Shown: piece after piece, positions 26,056 to 35,170 of the stretch
How the letters are laid out: each line of letters opens with the position of its first letter
Numbering within the stretch: the first letter of the stretch is position 1
Origin: Bacteroidales bacterium
GTDB lineage: Bacteria > Bacteroidota > Bacteroidia > Bacteroidales > JAADJA01
Direction of reading: 5' to 3'
Length of the DNA stretch: 64,000 nt
NCBI GenBank assembly: GCA_026984135.1
Contig: JALSSR010000035.1
Coordinates: 6,529-70,528 of the forward strand
The notes under the pieces: model-generated
The model's database searches: none
Told to the model about the DNA's origin: nothing
Seen by the model: only the letters and a program-made list of their open reading frames with translations
Made by a program: the position numbers and the translations under genes

Positions 26056-29000
26056 ATGAAAATTTCATTTAAAAATTTCAGATTTACTGCCCTGCTTTTA
26101 GTGGCAGTCACTTTTTTAGCAACGGCTTTAAAAGCCGATGAAGTGAAGTATGACGACAGTTGGGGAAAGCAAGGCTTTTCCGTAACTACTCAAAAATCGT
26201 CGGGATTGACAATTAACTATTCAATCAACTCATTCAGATTACAAAACAGCCTGATTAACGGCGAAGCAATGACAAAGATCGAGCTTCCTGGCGTTATGCT
26301 CCCAAATAATGAAGGTGCACCTGATTTGCCGGGAACAGGCCGCTATATTGCTATTCCTAATGGTGCAAAAGCTTCGGTAAAAGTTATTGCAACAAGAACC
26401 GAAAAATTCACCGGTGTTGAGGTTGCCCCTTCACCGAGAATTCCCTGGGATACCGAAGACGGGCCTCTGGATTACAATAAGGATCAGGAAATATATTCGG
26501 CTGATCAGCTATATCCTGCTAATCCGGTTATCCTTTCCGAACCTGATGTCATAAGGGGTGTTGATGTTATTATGCTGGGAATTACTCCGTTTCAATATAA
26601 TCCGGTCACAAAAGAGCTCATTGTTTACAGAGATTTTAAAATTGAAGTAACTTACGAAGGCGGAAACGGTCAGTTTGGTGATAACAGACTGCGCAGTCGC
26701 TGGTGGGATCCGATGCTGAAAGATATGATCCTCAACAGTGAATCTCTCGCAAAAGTTGATTATAACAACCTTTATAAAGGTGCAACAAAAGAGACCGGTT
26801 GTGAATACCTTATCATAACTGCAAATAATGCAACTTATCAAAGTTGGGCCGACTCAATTAAAGAATTCAGGACGAAGCAGGGAATACTTACAAAAGTTGT
26901 TACTGTTGATGAGGTTGGAGGAAACAATGTCAATGCCATTGAAAGTTATGTTAATGATGCTTACAACACCTGGGACATTCCACCGGCAGCCTGTCTTCTT
27001 ATCGGTGATTACGGTTCCAACGGGGATATGAATATTATGGCTCCCATTTGGGATAACTATTGTGCTTCCGATAATATTTATGCGGACGTAACTAACAATA
27101 AAATGCCGGATATTGTATTTGCAAGAATACCTGCCGGAAATACATCCGAACTGGAAATTGAAGTAACCAAGTTTCTTAATTATGAAAGAAATCCGCCGAC
27201 AAGCGAATATTTTTATAATCATCCCATCACAGCCCTCGGTTTCCAGACCGAGAGATGGTTTCAAATCTGCTCCGAAGCTGTTGCCGGTTTCTGGGAAAAT
27301 GAACAAGGTAAAAGCACAGTCAGGATCAATAAAACATATCAGGGTAATCCTAACAGCGATCCATGGTCAACTGCAACAAATACGAGTACAGTGGTAAATA
27401 CTTTCGGACCTAATGGTCTCGGCTATATTCCGGCTACTCCCGGACAGGTAAACTGTACATGGTACGGTAGTGCAAGCGACGTAGTAAATGCCATAAACAG
27501 CGGAGCATTTATGCTTCAACATCGTGACCACGGTTATGAGCAAGGCTGGGGTGAGCCCTCTTTCGGAAGTAGTAATATCAACAGTCTAAATAATACCGAC
27601 CTCACGTTTATTTGGTCAATAAACTGTCTTACGGGAAAGTACAATCTGTCGAGCGATTGCTTTGCCGAAAAATTCTTACAACGTACTTCGGGTGGAAATA
27701 ATGCTGGAGCACTGGCCATTGTTGCAGCTTCGGAAGTTTCGTACTCCTTTGTTAACGATACTTATGTTTGGGGTTGCTATGACAATATGTGGCCTGACTT
27801 TTTGCCGACTTACGGAACCACACCGGATTCCAGGGGCGTTTTACCTGCTTTTGCAAGTGCTGCCGGAAAATATTTCCTGCAACAGTCAAGCTGGCCGTAC
27901 AACTCCGGAAATAAAGAAGTTACCTACAACCTTTTTCATATGCTGGGTGATGCTTTTACAACGGTTTACTCTGAAGTCCCGCAGCTTCTTACTGTAACTC
28001 ACGAACCCATATTCTTCTCGGGACTGACCTCTTTTGAAATTACTGCCGACGAAGGCTCCTTGATAGCCTTAACCGTTGATGGTGAAATTATTGGTACCGG
28101 AGAAGGAACAGGATCTCAAATTGCAATTCCCATTGAATCACAAATGCCGCAAAGTACAATTATTGTTACCGTTACAAAACAAAATTACTATCGCTATGAA
28201 TCTCAGGTGGAGGTTCTTCCTCCGACCGGGCCGTATATCGTTAAGGATTCATATTATATAACTGATGATGGTGTTCTTGTAAATGGGGATATGAATCCGG
28301 ACGAGAATATTGAGCTTACGGTTACTTTGAAAAATATTGGAGTTGAACTTGCTGAAAATGTTTCGGTTATGCTTTCTTCAGATGATCCGTATATTACGAT
28401 AACAGATGACAATGAGGTTGCCGGAAATATTTCATCGGGTGCACTGGTAACCATTGAGAACGGCTTTTCCTGGTATGTCCATAACGATATTCCGGATTTG
28501 CATTCCGTACTCTTTACTTTGACTTCAACAGACGGAGACAATACCTGGGAGACTCAGTTCAGTATCAATGCCTTTTCACCTGTTTTGGAAATAGGTGATT
28601 TCATAATTGATGACTCAGAAGGAAACAATAACGGAAGACTTGACCCCGGTGAAACTGCCGTTGTAAAGATAGAAACAACAAATAACGGCTCTTCCTTTGC
28701 ATTGACTACACATGGTATGCTTACGGCAACATCTCCGTTTATAACAATGGAAAACAATACTTACGATATGAATGTAATTGCAATTGGTTCAACCAAAACG
28801 GCGGAATTTACAATTACCGCCGATGCAAATGCACCCAATGGAACTGCATATCTGCTGCAATATAAGGCTCAATCTTTGGGATTTATCGTTGACAATGTCT
28901 ATTCACAAAATATCGGCTTTGCTTCCGAAGACTGGGAGACAGGCGATATGACTAAATATGACTGGCAAACATCCGGCGATGCCGACTGGACAATTTCGGA

Positions 29001-30384
29001 AGAGTCGCCTTACGAAGGAACATATTGTGTTAAGACAGGTGCCATAGGTGACGGAGAAAATACCGCACTTTCAATTAATTATGTTGTGGGAGAGAACGGT
29101 ACAATTTCATTCTACTACAAAGTCTCATCACAGCAAAATTATGATAAGCTGAAGTTTTATGTTGACAATACCGTCAAAGCACAGTGGTCGGGTGAAATTG
29201 ACTGGACACAGGTTACTTATTACAACATTTCTCCGGGAGAACATACTTTTAAATGGGCTTACATCAAAAGTGCAAATACCTCAAGCGGCAGCGACTGCGG
29301 ATGGATTGATATGATCTATCTGCCGGATCCTGTCACTGTTACGGCTTTTGCAGGTGATGATGCTTCCCTTTGCGAAAATGAAGTGTTCAATTGTGAAGGA
29401 TTCGGTTCTCCTTCGGCTACTTTTGAATGGGCTACATCGGGAACAGGAACCTTTGAGGATGTAACCGACCCGGCAACAGTTTATATTCCGGGTGAGGAAG
29501 ATTATCAGTCCGGCTCGGTTGTCCTTACCTTGACTGCTACCGGCTCCGGACAGACTTCAAGTGATGATTTGACACTCTCGCTTCATTATGCTCCTGTCGC
29601 TGAGGCAGGTAATACTCTTGAAGCCTGCAGTAATTCGTTTATTCCTGATGCATTGGCGGAAAACTATCAATCAATTATATGGACAACAACAGGCGATGGA
29701 ACATTTGATGACAACACTTTGGTTACTCCCGAGTATGTTGCAGGCGAAACCGATATTTCAAATGGTGAAGTAACCCTGATAATGACGGTTAACGGATATG
29801 CACCCTGCGGTACAGTGACCGACACATTGGTTGTTTCGGTAACGGCAGCACCCGAAACCTTTGCCGGTGATGACCACGACATCTGTGAAGGACAAACTTA
29901 CACTATTTCCGATGCTCTTGCCGAAAACTATAACGATATTTTATGGGAAACATCCGGTGACGGATCTTTTGACGATGCAACGGTTATGAATCCGGTTTAC
30001 ACTCCCGGTCCCAATGATATTGATGCTGAAGAGGTAACATTGACAATGACTGCATCCGGAAATGGGGTTTGTGAAGCTATTAGCGATGATATGTTGCTGA
30101 CTATCAAATGTCTCGGAATTGATGATAATTATCTTAGCTCTAAAATCTCCGTATTCCCCAATCCAAATACCGGAGATTTTACAATTGATATTGATGCCGA
30201 AATTAATGATCCGGTGAATATCAAAATCCTCAATTCGCTTGGAAATACGGTTTACACTATTGATGATGTTAAAATTAATAACAACAGGAGTGTCCCGCTT
30301 AATATTGATGTTAAGGCAGGGCTATATTATTTATATATTGAAAACGATGAACATTCAATTGTTAAAAAAGTAATTATACAATAA
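26056..30384 (+). CDS. T9SS-secreted gingipain-like C25 cysteine peptidase (paralog 2) with jelly-roll-like domain and three ~75-aa Cys repeats
   Basis: The catalytic region is highly similar to 22276..26025 (HRDHGYEQGWGEP; FIWSINCLTGKYN). The C-terminal half differs. The CTD reads SVFPNPNTGDFTI...GLYYLYI. Confidence 0.8.
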   Translation: MKISFKNFRFTALLLVAVTFLATALKADEVKYDDSWGKQGFSVTTQKSSGLTINYSINSFRLQNSLINGEAMTKIELPGVMLPNNEGAPDLPGTGRYIAIPNGAKASVKVIATRTEKFTGVEVAPSPRIPWDTEDGPLDYNKDQEIYSADQLYPANPVILSEPDVIRGVDVIMLGITPFQYNPVTKELIVYRDFKIEVTYEGGNGQFGDNRLRSRWWDPMLKDMILNSESLAKVDYNNLYKGATKETGCEYLIITANNATYQSWADSIKEFRTKQGILTKVVTVDEVGGNNVNAIESYVNDAYNTWDIPPAACLLIGDYGSNGDMNIMAPIWDNYCASDNIYADVTNNKMPDIVFARIPAGNTSELEIEVTKFLNYERNPPTSEYFYNHPITALGFQTERWFQICSEAVAGFWENEQGKSTVRINKTYQGNPNSDPWSTATNTSTVVNTFGPNGLGYIPATPGQVNCTWYGSASDVVNAINSGAFMLQHRDHGYEQGWGEPSFGSSNINSLNNTDLTFIWSINCLTGKYNLSSDCFAEKFLQRTSGGNNAGALAIVAASEVSYSFVNDTYVWGCYDNMWPDFLPTYGTTPDSRGVLPAFASAAGKYFLQQSSWPYNSGNKEVTYNLFHMLGDAFTTVYSEVPQLLTVTHEPIFFSGLTSFEITADEGSLIALTVDGEIIGTGEGTGSQIAIPIESQMPQSTIIVTVTKQNYYRYESQVEVLPPTGPYIVKDSYYITDDGVLVNGDMNPDENIELTVTLKNIGVELAENVSVMLSSDDPYITITDDNEVAGNISSGALVTIENGFSWYVHNDIPDLHSVLFTLTSTDGDNTWETQFSINAFSPVLEIGDFIIDDSEGNNNGRLDPGETAVVKIETTNNGSSFALTTHGMLTATSPFITMENNTYDMNVIAIGSTKTAEFTITADANAPNGTAYLLQYKAQSLGFIVDNVYSQNIGFASEDWETGDMTKYDWQTSGDADWTISEESPYEGTYCVKTGAIGDGENTALSINYVVGENGTISFYYKVSSQQNYDKLKFYVDNTVKAQWSGEIDWTQVTYYNISPGEHTFKWAYIKSANTSSGSDCGWIDMIYLPDPVTVTAFAGDDASLCENEVFNCEGFGSPSATFEWATSGTGTFEDVTDPATVYIPGEEDYQSGSVVLTLTATGSGQTSSDDLTLSLHYAPVAEAGNTLEACSNSFIPDALAENYQSIIWTTTGDGTFDDNTLVTPEYVAGETDISNGEVTLIMTVNGYAPCGTVTDTLVVSVTAAPETFAGDDHDICEGQTYTISDALAENYNDILWETSGDGSFDDATVMNPVYTPGPNDIDAEEVTLTMTASGNGVCEAISDDMLLTIKCLGIDDNYLSSKISVFPNPNTGDFTIDIDAEINDPVNIKILNSLGNTVYTIDDVKINNNRSVPLNIDVKAGLYYLYIENDEHSIVKKVIIQ

Positions 30385-30403
30385 TTTGAACTTGCTAAAA
30401 ACA

Positions 30404-30441
30404 AAAAGCTCTACCCTTATGGGTGGAGCTTTTTGTTTTTT
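30404..30441 (+). terminator. Rho-independent terminator after the peptidase genes
   Basis: AAAAAGCTCTACCC-TTAT-GGGTGGAGCTTTTTGTTTTTT. Confidence 0.7.
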
Positions 30442-30488
30442 AGATTCAATCTAAATTATTTTTTTCTTTTAATATATTCAGTTTTTTG

Positions 30489-30496
30489 TATATTTG
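30489..30496 (+). promoter_or_regulatory. Bacteroidota-type -7 promoter box TAtaTTTG
   Basis: It matches TAnnTTTG and lies 40 nt upstream of the ATG at 30536. Confidence 0.4.
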
Positions 30497-30535
30497 CCAC
30501 TTTCACAATTAGTTTTAACCTAAATATTTGTATTT

Positions 30536-32176
30536 ATGAAAAGAAAATTACTTGCATTTGTTTTTGCCCTTGTTGCAACTGTTGCTTTCTCGCAGACGGT
30601 TCCACGGGATAAAGTTGTTATTGAGATCGGCACGGCCACTTGGTGAACTTACTGTCCATATGCAGCAGCAGCGGCTGACGATATGATAGCAAACGGTTTT
30701 GATGTTGCCGTACTCGAACATCACGTATCTTCATCCTATTCAGGTTTTACAAACCAATATTCCCAGGCAAGGATAAGCTATTACGGAATAGGTGGAATTC
30801 CGGAATCCATTTTCGACGGAGTATTAAGTGTTCTGGGTGGTGGTTCTAGTACTTATAATTCATTTGTTTCAAAATATAACCAGCGAATTGCGATACCTTC
30901 GGATTTTACTATTTTGGTAAACGGCATGAATGAAGGACTTGATTACACCGTAGTGCTAACTATGGAAAATGTTGTACCGAATTCAAGTTCCAATTTAGTG
31001 GCTCATCTTGCTATAAACGAGTCGGGACTTCAATATCAGGGTACTACATACAATTTTGTAACCAGGATGTTTGTTCCTAATGCAAACGGTACTGATGTTG
31101 ATTTTTCATCTAATCCGATGCAAACGGTTACTCTGAATTTCAGTATGGATCCTTCCTGGAATCTTGAGAACTGTGAGTTTATAGCATTTATTCAGGATAA
31201 CTCCTCAAAAGAAATACTTCAGGCAACAAAAGTTCCGGTACTTGATATAGTTCCGTTGACAACAAACAATGCAGCCATACAAAATATGGATATGGTACCT
31301 GTAACTAATTGCGCCGGTGATGTAGCACCCCTTGTAACTATTTCGAACCAGGGAGCACAGAGTTTAACATCACTGAATATCAATTATGTTGTAAACGGTG
31401 AAGCTTCCGAGACTTATGCCTGGACAGGTGATCTTGCATTTCAGGCTACGGAGGATGTACAGTTACCCCCGCTTTCATTTGAAATTCAGGATGATAACGA
31501 CCTGGTAGTTTACGTTACAGATCCTAACGGAAATGATGATGAGGACACTTCAAACGATACTATTGCCACTTCCTTCACCTCTGCTGTTCAGACAGTTCCC
31601 TACATCTTTCTGTTCATAAAACTTGACGACAACCCACAGGAGATAACCTGGGAATGTAAAGATTCGGAAGGACAGGTTCTTTTTAGTCACGGGCCCTATT
31701 CCACCCCCAATGCTTTTATAAAAGATACGCTCTTTATTACCGATAACGGATGTTATACATTTGAGATCAATGATGCCGGTGGTGACGGACTTACAGGTGC
31801 CGGATTTTACAGGCTGACCGGTGGCGACGGTACTGAGATTATCTTTAACACTGATTTTGAAGGAAGCAACGAACTGGTACAGTTTGGTGTGCTTGGTACC
31901 GGTGTGGAATCACTAAGCACCGAAGATTCTTTCAGCATATTCCCAAATCCGTTTGAAGACTATACTAATGTTAGTTTCTCAATGAACAAATCTGACAATG
32001 TGGAATTGAAAGTATATGATATTACGGGTAAGGTTGTATTCGGTAGTAAGCCCGAAATGTTAAATGCAGGCAGCCACTCTGTAAAAATTGATGCCGGTAA
32101 TTTTAATTCGGGTATCTATTTTGTCAGTCTTAAAATTGGTGATGAACTTATGACGAAAAAAATAACAGTAAATTAA
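30536..32176 (+). CDS. T9SS-secreted thioredoxin-fold protein with an in-frame TGA (30644..30646) at the first position of a WCxxCP-type redox motif; selenoprotein candidate, or a pseudogene
   Basis: The ATG at 30536 is in frame with track ORF 30683..32176 (147 nt apart). The upstream part encodes a signal peptide, MKRKLLAFVFALVATVAFSQ, then ...VVIEIGTATW-[TGA]-TYCPYAAAAADDM.... A later GIPESIFDG fits the thioredoxin cis-Pro loop. The CTD at the end reads FSIFPNPFEDYTNVSF...GIYFVSL. Confidence 0.65.
30657..30685 (+). promoter_or_regulatory. Candidate SECIS-like stem-loop downstream of the in-frame UGA
   Basis: CATAT(G)CAGC-AGCAGCG-GCTG(ACG)ATATG forms 5+4 bp around a small internal loop, with a 7-nt G-containing apical loop about 21-27 nt after the UGA. 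Confidence 0.3.
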
Positions 32177-32198
32177 AAAATCATTGATTATATTTTAA

Positions 32199-32227
32199 AG
32201 CGATATCCTTGTGGTATCGCTTTTTTT
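32199..32227. terminator. Bidirectional terminator between convergent genes
   Basis: AAAGCGATA-TCCTTGTGG-TATCGCTTTTTTT. Confidence 0.55.
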
Positions 32228-32242
32228 GTTTCCAGAATGGAA

Positions 32243-35170
32243 CTATTTTTCTATGGGAACACTTATAATAACCCTTGTGCCTGCAGGATTACCGTTCTTA
32301 TCGTAAAGATCTTCTATTTCCTGTCTGATACTGATTTTATATATTTTGTAGTAGAGGTTATAAATGCTACTCATAATGGCCAGCCCTTTTCCGGTACTGA
32401 ATTGTTTATTTTGTGATGCCTTAATCCTTCCGATACCGTTGTCTTGAATGATAATATCTATCTGATTATCAAGTTTGATTACATTAACTTTTAGCTCCTT
32501 ATTTCCACTATTGTTTTTTAAACCGTGTTTAACGGCATTTTCAACATAATTTTGGATTATCATTTTCGGTACAGTCATTTTGAGATTTACATCTTTATTG
32601 ACATTAATAGTAAAATGAAAATCGTCTTTAAACCTTATTTTTTCAATATCAAGGTAGTTTCGTGTAAAATCAATTTCACTTTCAAGGCTTCTTGAGATTT
32701 TATCAGAAAATTCCAGTGATGTCCTCAACAACTTTGAAAATTGGACAAAATAGCGGTATGCCATCTCTTTGTCCTCGTTATATATTGCCGAACTTATTGA
32801 ATTAAGAGCGTTGAACGTAAAGTGCGGATCCATCTGGCTGCGTATTGTCTTTAGTTGAAGTTCCCATAGTTGATTTTCTGTTTTTTGCTGTTGCTCACGA
32901 CGTTTTCTGCGGTAATTCAATATCAGGTATCCGGCAGTCAGAAAAAGTAAAATAATCAATATGTTGATAAATATTTTAAAGGATAAAGTTTGCCAGAATG
33001 CGGGAATAATTTCAAAAGACGCTTCTGCAAGGTCACCCCAGATTCCGTCCACATTCCTTGCCATTACTTTGAATGAGTATTTGCCGGGTGGCAGGTTTGT
33101 ATATGAGGCATATCTCTCGGAGGTAGTTCTTGACCAGTTTTTATCATATCCTTCAAGCCTGTATTTGTATATTATTTTTTCAGGTGCGTAAAAATGAATA
33201 GCATGGAAATCAATGCGTAAATTTTTCTGAAAGTATTCCAAAGTAATTGCCGTATCAGGAATTTTGTAGTCGTATATTGTATCAACAATTTCATTTTCCG
33301 GTGCCGAAACAAATATTTGTTGAATAACGACCTTGGGTTTTGTTGTATCTTTTTTTAATTTTTCAGGATAAAACTTAACAACTCTGTCGGAAGCCGCTAC
33401 ATAGATATTGTTCTCATAATCTTTTAATATTCCGTTTCTTATGCAATCGAAACCTAAAAAACCTTTCGACTCATCCAGTATTTCAATATTTACAGTCGAA
33501 TCATTATAGAATCTTTTCAAATCTAATATCGCCAGGCCATAGTTAACACCCATTATCAATTTTGAATCACCTCTTTCCGTGAAGGAAGAGACCTGTGAAG
33601 TAAGGATGTCTTGACCGATTTTACTGAATCTCTTATAATCAAAAAAATACAATCCCGATGTTGTGCCAAGCCACATGTTTTTCCGGTCATCCATAAAGAT
33701 TGATACTGCACCATGATTATAGTTAAATTGTTCGTTTGGGAACTTTATGAAATTTTTTCCGTCATATATTGTTAATGTGTACTCTCCTCCAAGCCAGTAA
33801 CGCCCGTATTTATCTTGTGCAATTGTTTTTATGAAATTAATGTTTTTATCAAAATCCTCTTTTATTACCACAGGCTTTTTATTTTGATCCACTATTACCA
33901 GTCCCCTGGTCGAGGCAAAAAGAAACCGCCCGTTAATAGTATCTTCATAGGCATCAAGTACGGAGCCTTTAGGAAAACCTTTTAAAATTGAAAATCCGGT
34001 ATTGTCATATTTAAGAACACCGTCTTCTTTTACGGGGAAATATAAAGAGTTATTACTTGCTTTTATGGCTCCGGTATAGAAGTATCTTCCGTTAAATAAA
34101 GAATAAACATTTTTATAATTTGTTACCCTTTTTATTTGTTTTCCATCAAAAACAGTAAGTCCGTCGCCGTAAGATGCAAACCAAATATTGTTTTTCTTAT
34201 CTTCAACTATTGACCAGATATATTCATTTGCTTTGCATTCAGGTGTGAAATTTTCAAATGCATCGTTAATCTTTCTGTAAAACCCCGTCTCCGTAGCTAT
34301 CCAAAGATTATCGTTACGATCAATCAAAATCCGGTTTATATAATTAAACTTCTTTTTGAAATATACTCCAACGCTATCGTCAAGCAAGATCAATTTTTTT
34401 TTGTTTTCAGCTAAATAAAGTCGCCCTTTTTTATCAATATCAAATAGGTCAATAATCCTGTCCTTATAATGACAGACTAAATGGAAAGTATTATCTTTCG
34501 GGTTATACTTGTATATTTTATGGTTATTATATGAATAAATATTACCTGCTTTGCCTTTTTTGAGTAGGGCTTGAGACCCTTCTTTTACCACCGTTACAGA
34601 GTTTTCGGTTATATGAAATATTTTTCCGTGTTTACAACTTACAAAATATTCGCTATCCTTTATTTTCACTATATTTTTGATCCCCATTTTACTCAAATCG
34701 TAAAAGCGTTTTATGATTGCAGAATCATATTTTTCAATTAATACCGGCATTAAGGAGTTCGTAGTAATTAAAAATTCCGTTTCAGTGAACTTTGTAATAA
34801 TCAGGCTATAATTGAAAGGACTGATTGTGTCGGCTCTTAAAACAACTTTTATTTTTCCGTTTTCAAGTCTCGATATACCTGCTTTTGAGCAAAAATAGAT
34901 ACGGCCTTTTTCATCTTCAAATATATCCTTAATAATATTTGACATAAGACCGTCATTGATAGTGTAGTTATAAAACTCTTTACCGTCGAACCGGCTTACG
35001 CCACCCTTTGTACCAAGCCAGATATAACCTTTACTATCTTGAAAAACAGATAATACCTGATTTTGAACAAGCCCATCCTTTACAGTGTAGTGTCTGTAAC
35101 TGTATTCCTGCGAAAAGAGCGGGTAAGCCATAAAGCCAAAAAGAAGGAGATATATAAGTTTCCGTACCAT
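32243..35170 (-). CDS. Sensor histidine kinase with periplasmic two-component-regulator propeller repeats (LytS/YehU-type His_kinase)
   Basis: The N-terminal half has many repeats of the type GLxxNxVxxIxxDxxGxIWxGT. It is followed by a Y_Y_Y-like region (YKYRLEGYDKNWS), a TM helix, QMDPHFTFNALNSISS (LytS-type H box) and an HATPase domain. Confidence 0.85.
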   Translation of the reverse strand: MVRKLIYLLLFGFMAYPLFSQEYSYRHYTVKDGLVQNQVLSVFQDSKGYIWLGTKGGVSRFDGKEFYNYTINDGLMSNIIKDIFEDEKGRIYFCSKAGISRLENGKIKVVLRADTISPFNYSLIITKFTETEFLITTNSLMPVLIEKYDSAIIKRFYDLSKMGIKNIVKIKDSEYFVSCKHGKIFHITENSVTVVKEGSQALLKKGKAGNIYSYNNHKIYKYNPKDNTFHLVCHYKDRIIDLFDIDKKGRLYLAENKKKLILLDDSVGVYFKKKFNYINRILIDRNDNLWIATETGFYRKINDAFENFTPECKANEYIWSIVEDKKNNIWFASYGDGLTVFDGKQIKRVTNYKNVYSLFNGRYFYTGAIKASNNSLYFPVKEDGVLKYDNTGFSILKGFPKGSVLDAYEDTINGRFLFASTRGLVIVDQNKKPVVIKEDFDKNINFIKTIAQDKYGRYWLGGEYTLTIYDGKNFIKFPNEQFNYNHGAVSIFMDDRKNMWLGTTSGLYFFDYKRFSKIGQDILTSQVSSFTERGDSKLIMGVNYGLAILDLKRFYNDSTVNIEILDESKGFLGFDCIRNGILKDYENNIYVAASDRVVKFYPEKLKKDTTKPKVVIQQIFVSAPENEIVDTIYDYKIPDTAITLEYFQKNLRIDFHAIHFYAPEKIIYKYRLEGYDKNWSRTTSERYASYTNLPPGKYSFKVMARNVDGIWGDLAEASFEIIPAFWQTLSFKIFINILIILLFLTAGYLILNYRRKRREQQQKTENQLWELQLKTIRSQMDPHFTFNALNSISSAIYNEDKEMAYRYFVQFSKLLRTSLEFSDKISRSLESEIDFTRNYLDIEKIRFKDDFHFTINVNKDVNLKMTVPKMIIQNYVENAVKHGLKNNSGNKELKVNVIKLDNQIDIIIQDNGIGRIKASQNKQFSTGKGLAIMSSIYNLYYKIYKISIRQEIEDLYDKNGNPAGTRVIISVPIEK

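Noticed and set aside
30644-30646. TGA read as Trp or Gly (an alternative genetic code) as the explanation for the in-frame stop
   Set aside because: TGA terminates well-delimited genes in this same window: dut ends ...[11 protein letters not shown] and the mutS-related gene ends at 43954..43956. No other gene needs TGA read-through, so global reassignment is unlikely.
30683-32176. Taking the track ORF (start at the ATG at 30683) at face value as the complete gene
   Set aside because: That product would lack a signal peptide although it ends in a T9SS sorting domain. The in-frame upstream segment supplies a promoter box, a signal peptide and the first half of the thioredoxin-fold motif.
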